DNA from: Paecilomyces variotii
Lineage: Eukaryota
Length of the DNA: 64,000 bases
NCBI GenBank assembly: GCA_004022145.1
Contig: RCNU01000008.1
Reading direction: 5' to 3' (one strand)
Part shown: in pieces, positions 23,565 through 36,571 of the stretch
Numbering within the stretch: position 1 is the stretch's first letter
Layout: every line of letters begins with the position of its first letter
Translations under genes and position numbers: made by a program
The notes under the pieces: model-generated
Database searches by the model: none
Told to the model about the DNA's origin: nothing
What the model saw: the letters and a program-made list of their open reading frames with translations, nothing else

Positions 23565-24909
23565 ATGATTCGAATCACTTCGAGACTTCCTTCTGCTGTT
23601 AGAACAGCGAGTTACAAACGCAGCAGCGGATATTTACTAAGAACAATGGCGACCATGAGAGCTCTTGTCTACACGGACGTCGATACGGTCGAGTTTATGG
23701 ACCGGCCAAAACCTACCGTGACAGCTCCCACGGATGCAGTCGTCAAGATGCTACACACCACTATCTGCGGAACAGATCTTCATATCCTGAAAGGCGACGT
23801 GCCTTCGATCAAGACAGGTAGGATTCTCGGCCATGAGGGAGTCGGAGTGATCGAGTCGCTCGGAACAGCCGTCGATGGCCTGAAGATGGGAGACAAAGTG
23901 CTGATCTCAGCTATCACGGCTTGCGGCGTGTGTAAATTCTGTCGAAGAGGCATGAGTTCGCATTGCCTGACGGGAGGCTGGGTGCTTGGGAACCAAATCG
24001 ACGGCACTCAGGCGGAGTACGCGCGAATTCCGCATGCGACCTCGTCTCTGTATAAACTTCCTGAAAGCGTGGATCCCCGTCAAGCGGTGATGCTATCGGA
24101 TGCGCTCCCGACGGGACTCGAATGTGGTGTACTCAATGGAAAAGTACAGCCTGGAAATAAAGTTGCTATTGTCGGAGCTGGACCCGTCGGCATTGGAGTG
24201 CTGCTGACTGCTAGGCTGTACTCTCCATCCTTGATTGTGATGATCGATCTGGACGACGCTCGGCTCGAGGTCGCAAAGAAGTTGGGAGCTCATTATGGAG
24301 TGAACCCCAAGGCGCCAGACGCGATGTCCAAACTGAAGGAGCTCACGGATGGAGAGGGCTTCGACTCGGTTATGGAAGTCGTTGGTGTCCCTGCGACGTT
24401 CGAGATGTGTCAGGAACTGGTCGCACCTGGAGGTACGATCGCCAATGTGGGCGTGCATGGGAAGAAGGTCGATTTGCACCTTGAGAAATTATGGGATCGC
24501 AATATCAGTAAGTGAACTCTCGGTTTTACTCATGTATTTGGAGAAGCGGTGCGTGTTAAGCGCAATGACTGATACTTATACTAACGTTGCCGTTTCCGTG
24601 TAGGTATAACGACCCGACTCCTGGACGCCGTTACTATCCCGATGCTTCTTAAGCTTAATGAATCCGGAACTCTTAATGCCTCGTCGCTAGTAACTCACAG
24701 TAAGTAATGATTTGTTTTGATTTTCTGCAGACGTGCCCCCGCATTCCAGTGGGGGGGGGGGGGGGGTTTCCAGCTATCCCACGCGCCAATAGGTAGAACA
24801 TTGACGGTATACTTATCTAGCGTTCTCATTCCACGACGCGGTCAAAGCGTACGGCACTTTCCACGCCGCGTCTCATCATCAGGCATTGAAGGTTGTGATT
24901 GACATCTAA
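23565..24909 (+). CDS. Zinc-dependent medium-chain alcohol dehydrogenase (FDH-like, bacterial-type subfamily)
   Basis: Exons 23565-24507, 24604-24699, 24821-24909. Motifs TTICGTDLHILKG, GHEGVG, CGVCKFC..C, DGTQAEY, LSDALPTG, GAGPVG and ALKVVI. Alternative starts at 23646/23655. Confidence 0.93.
24751..24766 (+). repeat. G16 homopolymer in ADH intron 2
   Basis: Direct reading. Confidence 0.9.
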
Positions 24910-25437
24910 GATGGTGATCTTCAAGTGTAACAGTGTAACATCAGTCTAATATGAGCAAGCATCAGTGGAGGCGTCATAGCAAGGGGTGGTGTTTTGATGA
25001 ACGGTGTTTGGGGTAGAAGGCAGAGGTGACGAGAAGCATGAGAGATTCACATTGTACCAAATGGCATACCTAGGGCCGATCTTCATCTTAAGAGGATTGA
25101 TATTGAAGATTCTCGAAAATACTACCTGAGAGCAACATGCATAGGCGTTATACCGAAAAGATAAAAAAAAAAAAGAGAAGAACATTGGAACTTTTTATGT
25201 TCAAATTTGTATGTAAACTGTCGTAGATAGCTATCTACACATTAATGGAAATAACACAAATGAACAGAAGTCTATGAAATCTATATGTTCGTGGTCATCA
25301 TTTCCCCCACGAGAATATATCTCTCCGGTCACTTTTTTTCGCCGGTAGATCGAATTATGTATGATGGACATCTTTGTTCATAAAGAGCGAATCCCTGCCG
25401 GAACTCGCGGTTTTATACAAGGTTCGTAGCGAGGAGT

Positions 25438-26085
25438 TTAGATGTACTGCCAAGCAGCAGCAGTGCTGTTGGACTGCCACGGGTAGGTAAGGGCATCGAA
25501 GCCGAGGCAGTCGCCAATGTTGCCAGTAGGGACAGTGGCATTGGAGATCGCAGCATAGACGCGCCAGTTCGTGGTGTTACCCTGAGGCTGTGGGCAGGCC
25601 ATGAAGCCGGTGCTGTTCCACCCGGTGAAGGTCCAGTGGCCGAAGGGTTGACCGGCCTCATATTGGAATGGACCGACGGCGGAACCGGTGGGGATGTTGA
25701 TGGAGTGAGCCTGGGTGAAGGAGAGAGCGCCGGAGGGGTCGACGTAGATGAGCTGGCCGCCGGGAACTTCGACATCCTATTGAAAGTTATTAGCTTCGTT
25801 TCTGATAAATGATTCTGCTGTGTCGATCGAACTTACCAAAGCAGAAGCACCAACAATGACCGTGTCCGTGCCAGGTGGGCAAACAATACCCTCGCCAGCC
25901 GGGCAGTAAGTAGCAGGGCTACCACCGAGCCAGAAGGACTGGCCGGCGGCCTGGAGAGGCAGCAGATGAATCGGAGAACCAGAGCGAGCAGCCGTCACGG
26001 TGAACGGAGGAATGTCAATCTGTCTCTTGGCTGGAAGAGCAGATGCCAGAAGAGGGAGGAGAGCGGTGACAGCGAGGAACTTCAT
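25438..26085 (-). CDS. Secreted cell-wall protein, PhiA/IgE-binding protein family
   Basis: Exons 26085-25837 and 25776-25438. Signal peptide plus KR. ARSGSPIHL, ATYCP, DVEVPGGQLIYVDPSGALSFTQAHS, GFMACP, DCLGFDA, AAWQYI*. Confidence 0.88.
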
Positions 26086-28929
26086 GGTTGCGGTTGAGAT
26101 GTTTTATTTTCGTTTCCTCGGAAGAGCGTGTTTGTTTCTTGAAGGATGGCAGTCGAAACGTTACTTGCTTGAGGCCTGATATGATACTACGAGCCACGAG
26201 GGTTTATATACCGTTCTAACGGCCTGGCGAAACACACAGGAATTTCTAAGATTGTGCTGCCTTTCCGCAGGAACAACACACTCCACAGCAAGTGAGACAC
26301 AGCGCAGCCTAACCGACGCGAGTGATGTGATGTAATGGACGTTCAGCTAACTAGCTAACCAAAGTAACAGTAACATGGGGTCATTATTCACAGTCTCTAC
26401 TCCACCAATACATCGTCGACTAAGTTAGCCGTTGCCACGGGAGGCGCACGGCGCCTGCTGATCGTCACCGATGAGATTATGGTATAGCCTGTCTGGGCAT
26501 GACAGTGGCTGAGCCACCTCTGTTTGGGCTTTTAGCTCATGGAACTAGATGCAGGACAGGTTAGGTTGTCTAACTCGGAAGATTCGAGGAAACATGAGAC
26601 CGTCGATGCGGGCCTGTTTCGATCCCTTTAGGAAATTGGTCTCCCAGAGCATAATAATAAAAATAATAGCAGACTGCTAAAATTAATGCTCTAAAACGAA
26701 GGGTCCACGGCGGGTGCCATCTCCGAACCCGACTCGGGAAAGGAGATATATTCGGCTGCTGTGGCTAAAGCAGATTTGAGACCTCATCATTATTGGATCT
26801 TGTGTTTCTGGATCACGAGCCGGGTGGTGGCTCTGACACGAGTGCTCTCCGGACTTCCCTGCCTTACATTCGAGATCCTGCAATTTTTACAGGCTTCGGG
26901 GAGTCTCAGGACCTTTCTAAGCACAGCTCTATTCATCTTGATGTCTCTGCATAAGGCAAACCATCGATCACTCGAACAGTACAATTTCAAATCGAAATGC
27001 AACCCAAGCCGAAGGCATCGGACATGGCTAGCGAACCACTGCAGAGCGTGCTATAATTCTATTTCAGGAACGGTCCCGGCTAACACGATCAACCGGTGGA
27101 CTGCCAAGCCCGATTCAACTCCTTCATCTAAGACAAGATTAAGGCAAGCAAGCTCTTTCAACTGGCGCATCATGTCGATCATGACCATGTCGGTACGGTA
27201 GGGCCGTAACCGAGCTCACTATCGCATCGCGTGGGGATTATCATGGGTCCTATTAATAATTTATTTCGAAATTTCCTCTTCTTCCTTTTCTTCTTCTGCT
27301 GCATCTCTCTTTATGCACGGAAAAGGTCCGAAGGCAGATCGGCACCGCTAAAGAGAAACACGGATGCAGAGTACGGAATACGGAGTACATTCGGATCTTG
27401 ATAACCATGTCTTTCTTACTACTAACTAATTTGCGAGTAAATAAACGAGTCCGATTCTTCTACGACTCTACCACTTTCGGAATATGTACGGTACACCGCA
27501 TAGTAATACAATGCTGCAAGCCGACGTTATTGTGTTTTACAGCGCATATAAGCATACAAAAGTACCAGCAGTTGCAATCCAGACTCCCATACAGTATCAC
27601 CTCGGCAAACCATCTAGCGCGCCTTTCTATTCCTTCTTCTACGGATCAGACCGCCAGAACCTTTTTAGAAGAAGAAAACTCTTAAAAGCCCCAGCGGACA
27701 AACATGTCTCGGTCGTGACGTCAAGCCAAGAACAGCTGAAATATTCCGCGCGGAGAAAATTCTCACGTTAGCATCGTAAGTGAGATGAGATGAGATGTCA
27801 TCGAAGTTTTCACATGATCTCGCAGTGGGCAGTACTCTAGAGGCTGAACGTGTCTATAGCTGATCGATACGTCAAGTCGCGACCGATGTAACCTGCCGAA
27901 ATAACAGGGAATCATATACATTATGCACATTCCTTCCAGGAAGAAGAAGAACTAATCTAAAACTCGGATAATTTACTTAGCTAGCTATACTCTCGGACTG
28001 TGCTCAAAGGCCACACACAGGCTGAGACTAGCCTCGGTGGAAAACTGCGCAGTGGCCCTTCTTGTTCGTATCTCGCCCTTGAATGTTGGACGCCTTTCTC
28101 GAGCTCTTGTTCGCAAGTCAACTTTGGTAGGTACCTGGGTTTGACGACTGATGTGTGAAATTGAAATAGGTTGCACGAGGTGTGATATTTTGATACTAAC
28201 TGGTCTATTTTTAGTCCTTCTATAACAAAAACTCAGTCCGGAAAGCTAGGCCATGCATCAATTGTGGTGTACAATACAACCTATACTTCATCCACATCCA
28301 ATGAGAGTAGCATCGACAGTTACCGGTTTTAGATAGGTGAACCAGAAGATTCACCAAAAAGAACCGAGACATTGACCAATGGAGAACGATGCAAGCAATG
28401 AAGGGCCGTTTTGTCGAATTTCTTACTTAGATAGCAGAATAACCCGTTGAACACACCATTTTCTGGAGAAGAACCATGAGAATAGAAATAAATTAGGAGA
28501 CTCTGGCAATTTCAGCCAAGGACAAGTGGGTTCGGTGGATGCGTTGCGAGGTGTTCTGGATAAGGTGACACCGGAAGAAGTTATGATGGTATATACAGTA
28601 CAAGAGGGCGTGTCCTGATAGGTGAGAGATTCCGTGCTCTGCAGAAACTGGTTTCAAAAAAGAGAAAAAAAAATCTACAAATTTAACCAGGAACATATAT
28701 TGTTGGGATCCAACTCAAAGCGTCTAGATTGTCTTGATTCCCTTCCTAGAAGTCGCAAATAGAAATGGATATTGAAATAGAAGTCCCGAGTTTTCATTAA
28801 CTCTGGAGTTAGCTGCGCTATCATCATGCTTAGTCTATTATTTCATTTCTCCGTATGCCTGATAAGTATCAAATCGGTCCACTCCTAGACGCCAGTGTCG
28901 AAAGCTGAAGCAAATAATTCAGGAATCTA

Positions 28930-31900
28930 TCAATACTCTCCTACTAAAGGCAAATTTCTCGAACTGCGCCCAACCCCAATCTTAAACGTCCCATTCGTCG
29001 GCATGATCCAATTCTGATACCTGGTGCTCCAATAGCTCAAATCCTTCCTCGTTAGTGTGAGCTCGATATTCCGTGACTGGCCGGGCTTCAGTTGGACTTT
29101 GACAAAGTTCCTCAGCACCCGCACGGGGAAATCAATCGGATGCTCGCCATCCTCGTCCCATTCACTCACTGGAGGGAAGGACACATAGACTTGGACGACT
29201 TCTCGTCCAATGCGGCTGCCGGTATTTTGGATTTGAACGTTGACTTGGGCGTAAAGATCGTACAGCGAAGGATTGCCCCCTTCGTCACCGCCAGCAGGGG
29301 AGGGTTCTTGTGCTTTCTCATAACCGGCAGGATATTCGTAATGCCCGTTAGGTTCTGCTTCTTCGATACTAGAGATGTAAGGGTAGATGTATTTCTTCAG
29401 TTTCCTGAATCCCTCCGGGAATAGAGCCGTCTCTGGGGCAGGGATCGTATTGTCGTAGTCCGGAGGGTCCGCAGTGTCTCTAGGACGCGGGGATGGAAGA
29501 TAGTACTTCTTCTGCAAGGGGGTGATTCGCAAGTCGGAGAGCTCAATTGTCGTGTACGAAAGTCCGAAGCCAAATTCGTACCGAGGAGAAATATCGTGTC
29601 TATCAAAGTATCGATAGTCGATATACAGTGCATTCGACAAGTTTACCTGTGGGACCTCTCCATTCGGCTCGTAGAGGACCTGCGCGCCTGGGCCATAGTC
29701 TTCAAGACTTTTGCCAATGGTATATGGGAGCCTGCCACTTGCGTCTTGGACGCCGAAGAGCACGTCGACCAAAGCATTTCCACTTTCCTGGCCAGGAAGA
29801 TGCGCTAGAAGAACAGCTTTGACGCCTGGGTTTTCAATCCAGGACTCCATAATGACGGGGCCGACTGCATGTACGACAACAATAGTCTTCCCTTTGCCGG
29901 CACCACATCCATTGGCTACTTTTTGCACGAGCTCATCGCCGCCCTTTTGCAGGAAGAGATCATTCCTGTCTCCATGGATCCCGTCGCTGTTAATGAAACC
30001 CTCACCGCCGTCTGCATTCACAAAAACCATGCAGAGATCCTTGTCTGTGAGTTGAGATTCTTCTACATCGTTATTGAGGTAGGCAGTGGTTTCCACGTCC
30101 GAAGAGTTCCAAGCGGCCTGTAAAGCTGTCGAAGGGGCCACCAAATAAGGAAACTCGACGGCTCCGCTACCCCAGCCGGACCCCAGAGTGCCCTGATTAC
30201 AGCCCCTGTCTGGACAAGCATTCGGGCCATTGCCTGGACCAGCATCCTCTCCATACACGCCAACACGATATGTTCGTCCAGGTTCGGGGGATCCCCGCGA
30301 AAGAGGCAAAATGTTGTCCTCGTTCTTCAACAACACGATGCCTTCAGTAGCTACTTGGCGCGCGATAATGCTGTGAGCTTCGGCACCTTTCCCTTGAGCA
30401 TCGACGAATTTATTAACGACGCCCGTAGTCTCATCATCGCTGCCTGGGTGCAGAAGGCCAACCTCGTCGTTAGTCCATGAAGAGAAATTCGGGCCTCCTT
30501 TTCCGAACGGAGGAGGTGCGTCCCAGGAATCCTGTCTGAGGTGGTACCAGGCTGCTACAATTCGAGTGACCATATCATTGAGTCGCTCCATCGGAACGGT
30601 GCCGTTGAGGACCGCCTTCGTCAGCTGGCTACCCCAAAGCGAGTCCCCGTCGACCCAGCGAAGACCATCGCCTGGCATCGACATATCTAGACCAGCAAGA
30701 GCACTGTCGACACCGGATCGCTGAGCAAGCCAGTCGGATTGAACGAAGCCCTGGAATCCAAGCTCGTCCTTGAGAAGGCCATTGAGGATCTTGCTGTTCT
30801 CGCACGCATGTGTGTTGTTCACTCTCTGGTACGAGCACATAACACTGGCGACACCCGCTCTCACGCTTTCCGCAAAGGGCCAGACAAAGACCTCTCGAAT
30901 CGATCGATCATCGATATTCGAAGATAATGCCGTTGAGATACCCCACTCATAGGGCTGACGGAAATGCTCTTGCTCGTTCAGGAGGAAGTGCTTGGCTGTG
31001 GCAATGACTCCGTTACGCTGGATGCCTCGAATGGTCTCTGCGGCCCCAGCGGCCTGCAGAACCGGATCAGAGCCAAAGCCTTCCCAGTTCCTTCCACCAG
31101 CTGGCATCAACCCCAAAGGGCCCATGGATGGGCCTAGCAGCACGTTGACACCTTTGGCACGCGCTTCTTGGCCCAGAGCGAAGCCTCGCTTGCGCATCAG
31201 ATCTCGATTCCACGTGGCACCGGTAGTGATGCCAGCCGGGAAAGCACTGATATGGTCTGAGAAACGCAGTCCCAATGGTCCGTCTTGCAGACAAAGTGAT
31301 GGAAAGCGGACACCCTCCGCCGGACCTGAAAACGATCGGTCATGGACAAGGCACATCATTACAAGAGCGTCATCTTACCTGTATTGCCCACGCAGAGGCC
31401 CATTTCCCAGCCGGTTCCTGTCGTTACATTGACTTTCTCCACGAGCGACATCCGTTCCACAAGGCCCTTAGCTTTGCTGTAGCTATCAGCCCATCGCTTG
31501 ACAGTACCACCCCGTGGCGAGGGATACCACGGAGGAGAATCCTGAGGACCCATTAGCCATCCATAACCAATCTCACTCCACCGTGACATGGTACAATAGA
31601 CATCCTCATGATGATATACCAGCCGCTTTAAAAAGTGCGAAGCCATGCATCGCAAAAGTCAGTCCATGAAGAGAACACTTACTGTCTCTGGCCTTCGTCT
31701 CCACCACTCAACCGTATTTTTCCACGCCGACGCGAGCGGCGCAATCGAACAAGCCAACAGAAAGATCACCAATACCACCCAAAAACATTGTTTCCTGGTT
31801 AAACAGGAAGCAGTCAACCACTTTCTGGGCTTCTCACTAGCAGTACGCTGAGGACGTTTTCCTTTATTCCCTTTTTTGCTCTTCCCCAGAAGTAGAAACC

Positions 31901-32105
31901 TTGCAGCTGGACCCTCATTGTCTGAGTCGGAGCTCAGGGTTGACACTGACAAAGCATCCAAGTCGCGCGTTCCATGGAAATTATCCCGAACGTACGTCTC
32001 GATGTTATTGTTGTCATGGTGGGCGAGGAAGCCTTGTTGTTCTTCCTCGTCTATCGAGCCACGACTGGTCGATCTATGCATCGAATTTCCAGAAGGTCCA
32101 GCCAT
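28930..32105 (-). CDS. bglE: GH3 beta-glucosidase with N-terminal cytosolic tail and single TM anchor (BglE type)
   Basis: Exons 32105-31683, 31541-31379, 31325-28930. PPWYPSPRGG, EKVNVTTGTG, LCLQDGPLG, GGRNWEGF, VMCSY, GFVQSDW and a C-terminal Fn3-like domain. Hydrophobic FWVVLVIFLLACSIAPLA in exon 1. Confidence 0.93.
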
Positions 32106-32737
32106 AGCGTGCTTATCCCCCGTATTATTATTATCGTCGCCAGAGGGATAACCATCGCTGGTCGGAGTATTCTTAGAGTTGTGGACTTCGCGATCAGCCC
32201 CTGAGCGGGAAGGAGATCGTCGCGCTTGGCGTTCTTGGCGATCAGCGTGTCGTCCCTGCTTGGTTGGGATAGATAGTAGATACTAGATAGGAGCTTATCT
32301 TGCGATCATTCTAGAGTAAATAGATGAGTGGGATTATCTCGCTGTAATATTCTCGCGGGGGAGGCTAATGACGTGGCATATCAACAAGCGGATCTCTGCC
32401 GGATACGAGCAGAGATCCGGCGTCAAACTATACGCAACTGGATATTTCAGTCTGTTTATACACAACACATCTCAGAAAAACCACAGAGCAATTTATCTCG
32501 GTAGTTGCAGTGCAAACAATTACCATTTATCCCAAGCAAGCGTTATCCCCAGCTAGCGCACAGCTATCTCGTTTGCTCGAACAAAGGAACCTGCATATCA
32601 GCAATCAATGGCACTATTAAGAAAAAATTGCAGTGTACCTAGCTTGTGTACACCAAGTTCTAAAGCACAAATGATGTATATCGCATCCGATGTCAGACAA
32701 GCCCAGGAACTGCGACCAAACAGCAGATGTTGCACCA

Positions 32738-34216
32738 TCACAACTGCCCCATCAGCAGCTTCCACAAGCTAACTTGATTCCAACCGCCCTGGCCAGCTTC
32801 ACCGCCATCTTGCTGCTTGGCCCATTCTCCAAATGGTTTCATATCCGGATATGCTTTCTTCGCTCGCTCAATCTCCGCATCCAATTCTGCATACTCCCCA
32901 CGCGCCTGGACAGCGTGGTCGTTGTCCAGTTTTTCAATTCTAAATCTAATCAGTAACCATTCACTACCTAGTTACGAAGACCAAAACAGAGGATAACTTA
33001 CAAACCTCTCGCACCCGAGTTTATGGCCAGAATAAACCATGCGAATGGCCACGGGATCGATGGCAGCGGACGGCAGGTTGCACGCTCGTGTATCTTTTCG
33101 ATCTCGCTGATCGACAAGGATTCCGAGACGAGAGATAAGATGGAGTTTTTGAACTCTGGGAAGTTCTGCTTTGAACGTCAGCTTTCTTTTTTGTATGCAT
33201 TATAGCAATCATGACCCCGGATCGAGAAGGAAGAAGGAGACACAGACCTTGAAAACACTATCTGCAACCTTCCCTATGTCATCCTTTGCCTACGCATAGT
33301 TATAATAATCAGTACTCTGCATTAAGAAAAAACATAGGAATGTATACATACAATCAACCGAATCTTCGTCTCAGGCCGTAGCCCCTGTCTCAGCACTCCG
33401 GCAGTGATTCTCCCAATGAGCCCCGAGAAATTCTCCATGAAGAAACTTGGTCGGATGATTCTATCCCCCTCATCAGCACAGTCTTACGCATTCAAACAGT
33501 AGTAGGAATCACGACAACTCACGCCCAAGGTAATCCCTTCCCCCCCAGGGCCTGAACATGCCGTTCAATATTAGCTTTTGCGCGACCAGAAAGTCGCTCC
33601 TGATCATCATATTTCGGACCCGCACGCAGGGCAGAAGAATATATATACGCCGAAACATTATATTCCAGCGCTAAATCCGCAAGTATCTTTTGCACATTGG
33701 GATAGATCGTCAGCAAAGTTTAGTTCCAGATATAAACCACCTAATATATGTATATAACGAATCAAAAATATACCACTGAAAAAGAAACCAACTACTAACC
33801 TTCCCCTGCCTCTCCTCCCCCTCCGCATCCCTATTCAACCCCGGATACGCCATAACTGCAAAAACACCCCAAATCCCATCATTCTTCTTCGCATCCTCGA
33901 AAACATTCTTAATTGACTCTCTCCGATTCAAATCTCCTTCTACAACACGCACATGCTTCTCGCCCGCTAGACGCTTCGCCGCATCACTGTTCTTGTTGCG
34001 TGTTAATGCAAGAACGCGATACTCTATCACCGGTTCTGAGGTTTCTATTATTGGTGCTGCTTCTTCTGATGCGGTGGGTTCAGTGGCTGGGTTTGGATTG
34101 CTGTTATTGTTATGGTTATGGTTAGGTGGGCGCAAAGTGGCGATCAGCGCTTGGCCCTGTTGGCCTGTGGCGCCGGTGATGAGGATGGTTCGCGTTCTTG
34201 GTTTTGTGTCCGGCAT
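32738..34216 (-). CDS. NmrA-like family protein
   Basis: ILITGATGQQG, RVLALTR, VVEGDL, GVFAV..EERQGK, YIYSS, then several short exons (IIRPSFFMENF..) ending GWNQVSLWKLLMGQL*. Internal exon limits are approximate. Confidence 0.85.
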
Positions 34217-34829
34217 GGTTGGGATAGTGCTGGCATGTGGGAATGGGGTAGAGTGTGGAGGGGTTGATTTTATTTGATTAGATTAGATGAAGTGAGATGA
34301 GATGGAGAGAAAAAGACGTTCGTTTGAGAGATGGGTAACTAAGTATTCAGAGAATGGGTGTACTGTAATATATGGATGATCCACGGAGTCGGTTTCAGGT
34401 TATGCGCGTGGGTGATGTCAACAGTAACTAGACGTTTTCTTTTCTAGTATGTGTAACCCCTGCTTGAGACGAGGGAATCTTTTACTTTTCTGAAATCCAT
34501 GGAATCGATATCAGTCTTGGATAATATTCTTTCAATCAATTTCTACCAGTTCCAACCGAACCGCTAGATAGAGTTAGGAACCACTTGATCAGAAAAGAAA
34601 AAATATACAAATGTCTCTCTCTCTATATATATATACACAGCAATTCATGGCGATCTCGTATAGATTGCCCATCATGGCATCTTAGACTGAGAAGCGCAAC
34701 TCGTGTCCGAATCGGACAACTTTCATCAATAGATACACCAATATAGATTTGCGTTAGTTTTTTTTGTTTATACGCGGTTACCGCCGATATGTACACCGCA
34801 AGGAAATAACTGTATGTATGTACATGCAC

Positions 34830-36571
34830 TTATTGCACAACGCTGCCTGATCTCCCGAAGGTGTCCTCAACTTCGTCATGGCGCGTCGACTGGCCACGGA
34901 AAGACTTGCGGCCGCGGATGAACCAATCGATCAGAATGATCGCTACGACGATGGCGTAGACGACCGAGATGTAATTCATATCTAAGCATGTTAGCGCATT
35001 CATTGGCAGGTGCAGACGGGGGAGAGCAGGAGGCTTACCTCCAGTAGTGGCCGGCATCACAGTCGGGAAAGAGTAGAAAACCGTGGTGAATAGTGTCCAG
35101 AGGAGGACAACAATATTGGACGCAAGGCCAAGCGGGCCAAGCCAGAAGGGTCCACGCTGGATGTTGTTTCGTCCACGCCAGAGAAGGCATACAATGGGAA
35201 TAGCGTAGGAGAAGTAGAGCAGACAGATACACGCAGTAACCATACTGTTGAACGCGGTAGAGGAACCGAGATAGAGGAGACCCAGAGCACCGACTATGAA
35301 GCAGCTAACCGAGTGCGCAACCAGCGGCACATCGAGGGTAGGATGAATCTTCGACAGCCATTGGTGACCGGGAATGCCACGGTCTCGCGCAAAAGACCAG
35401 CAGAGGCGCGACTGCCATGTGTGCGAGGCGATCAAACATCCAAAACCGGTCACAAGCACCATGGAGCCCAGGACGATGGCACCGGCGCGATTCTGCAAAG
35501 CCTGGTAGTACAGCTCAATGATGGGGACACCAGTACTACTATCCATGACCGCGGTCAGATCCGTGACGCTGAAAAACATCGAGATAACGTAGAACCACGA
35601 TGTGACGAATCCAATGGCAACGGTGGACATGATGGCGATCGGAATGCTCTTCTCAGGGCTGCCAACTTCCTCCGCCATATGGGTGGCCGAGTCCAGACAG
35701 GCAAACACCCAGTTCGGGTTCATGAGGCCGACAATGTACGCGATCCCGTCGGAGGACCAGCCCGTGTTGTTCACGAATTTGGCGAAGACATCCTTGGCGG
35801 ACGCATGGTGGTGTGCTGTAGCCGGAACAGTGATCAGGATCACCACGAACGAAATCAGAGAAATGTACAGAGTCGCCGTGGCGACCTTGGGCAGCACCTT
35901 GCCCACGCAGTTAAACAGGAAGCACCAAAAACTGATGATTTCGTACGCGACCACACTGTGCCAGGTCTCGATAACACTGTGATTCCCATCAATAAGACTA
36001 TCTTCCGGAGGGAAAAGCAGGCGCAAGGGCTATGATATCCAGAACGAATGTGAGACGAAAACGCAGATTGAGGAGGAACCTACAAGTCAGGATGACCGAG
36101 CTGCCACAATCCCACAGCAAATGAACCCAGACTGAGAGCCACACTGGCCGAACAGAAGATCGAACCTGCCCAGGCGAACCAACCGGTCACATAGGATGCG
36201 AAGTTGGCATGCTTTCGGGGAGCGAGCTCGCTGGCCCAGAAATACTGTCCACCAGCATTGGGCATAGCACTGGCCAATTCCGACAGGGTCACTGCGACAC
36301 ATGTCGAGATGAAGGTGATCCACGGAATTCCGTAAATCGTCACGACCGTACCGCCCGAGTTAATACCTGTGATCATGGAGGCGGAGATACCGAACCACGA
36401 GTTGGTCAGCGAAAAGCCCACACCCAGCAGGGACAACACGGAAAAGTTGCGCTGCATGTCCTGTGTGTAGCCCATCTCCGCCAACTTGATGGCATCCTCG
36501 TCGACGACCTTGCCCTTGGCATCGTCGAGGGGCGGCGCGGCCGAGATCTTCTCTTCGTCTGGGATACCCAT
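34830..36571 (-). CDS. hnm1: APC-superfamily (ACT family) choline/ethanolamine permease
   Basis: Exons 36571-36084, 35976-35039, 34982-34830. GFSLTNSWFG, LSELASAMPNAGGQYFW, CLDSATHMAEE, HTWQSRLCWSFARD and RGPFWLG are Hnm1-like signatures. Confidence 0.88.
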
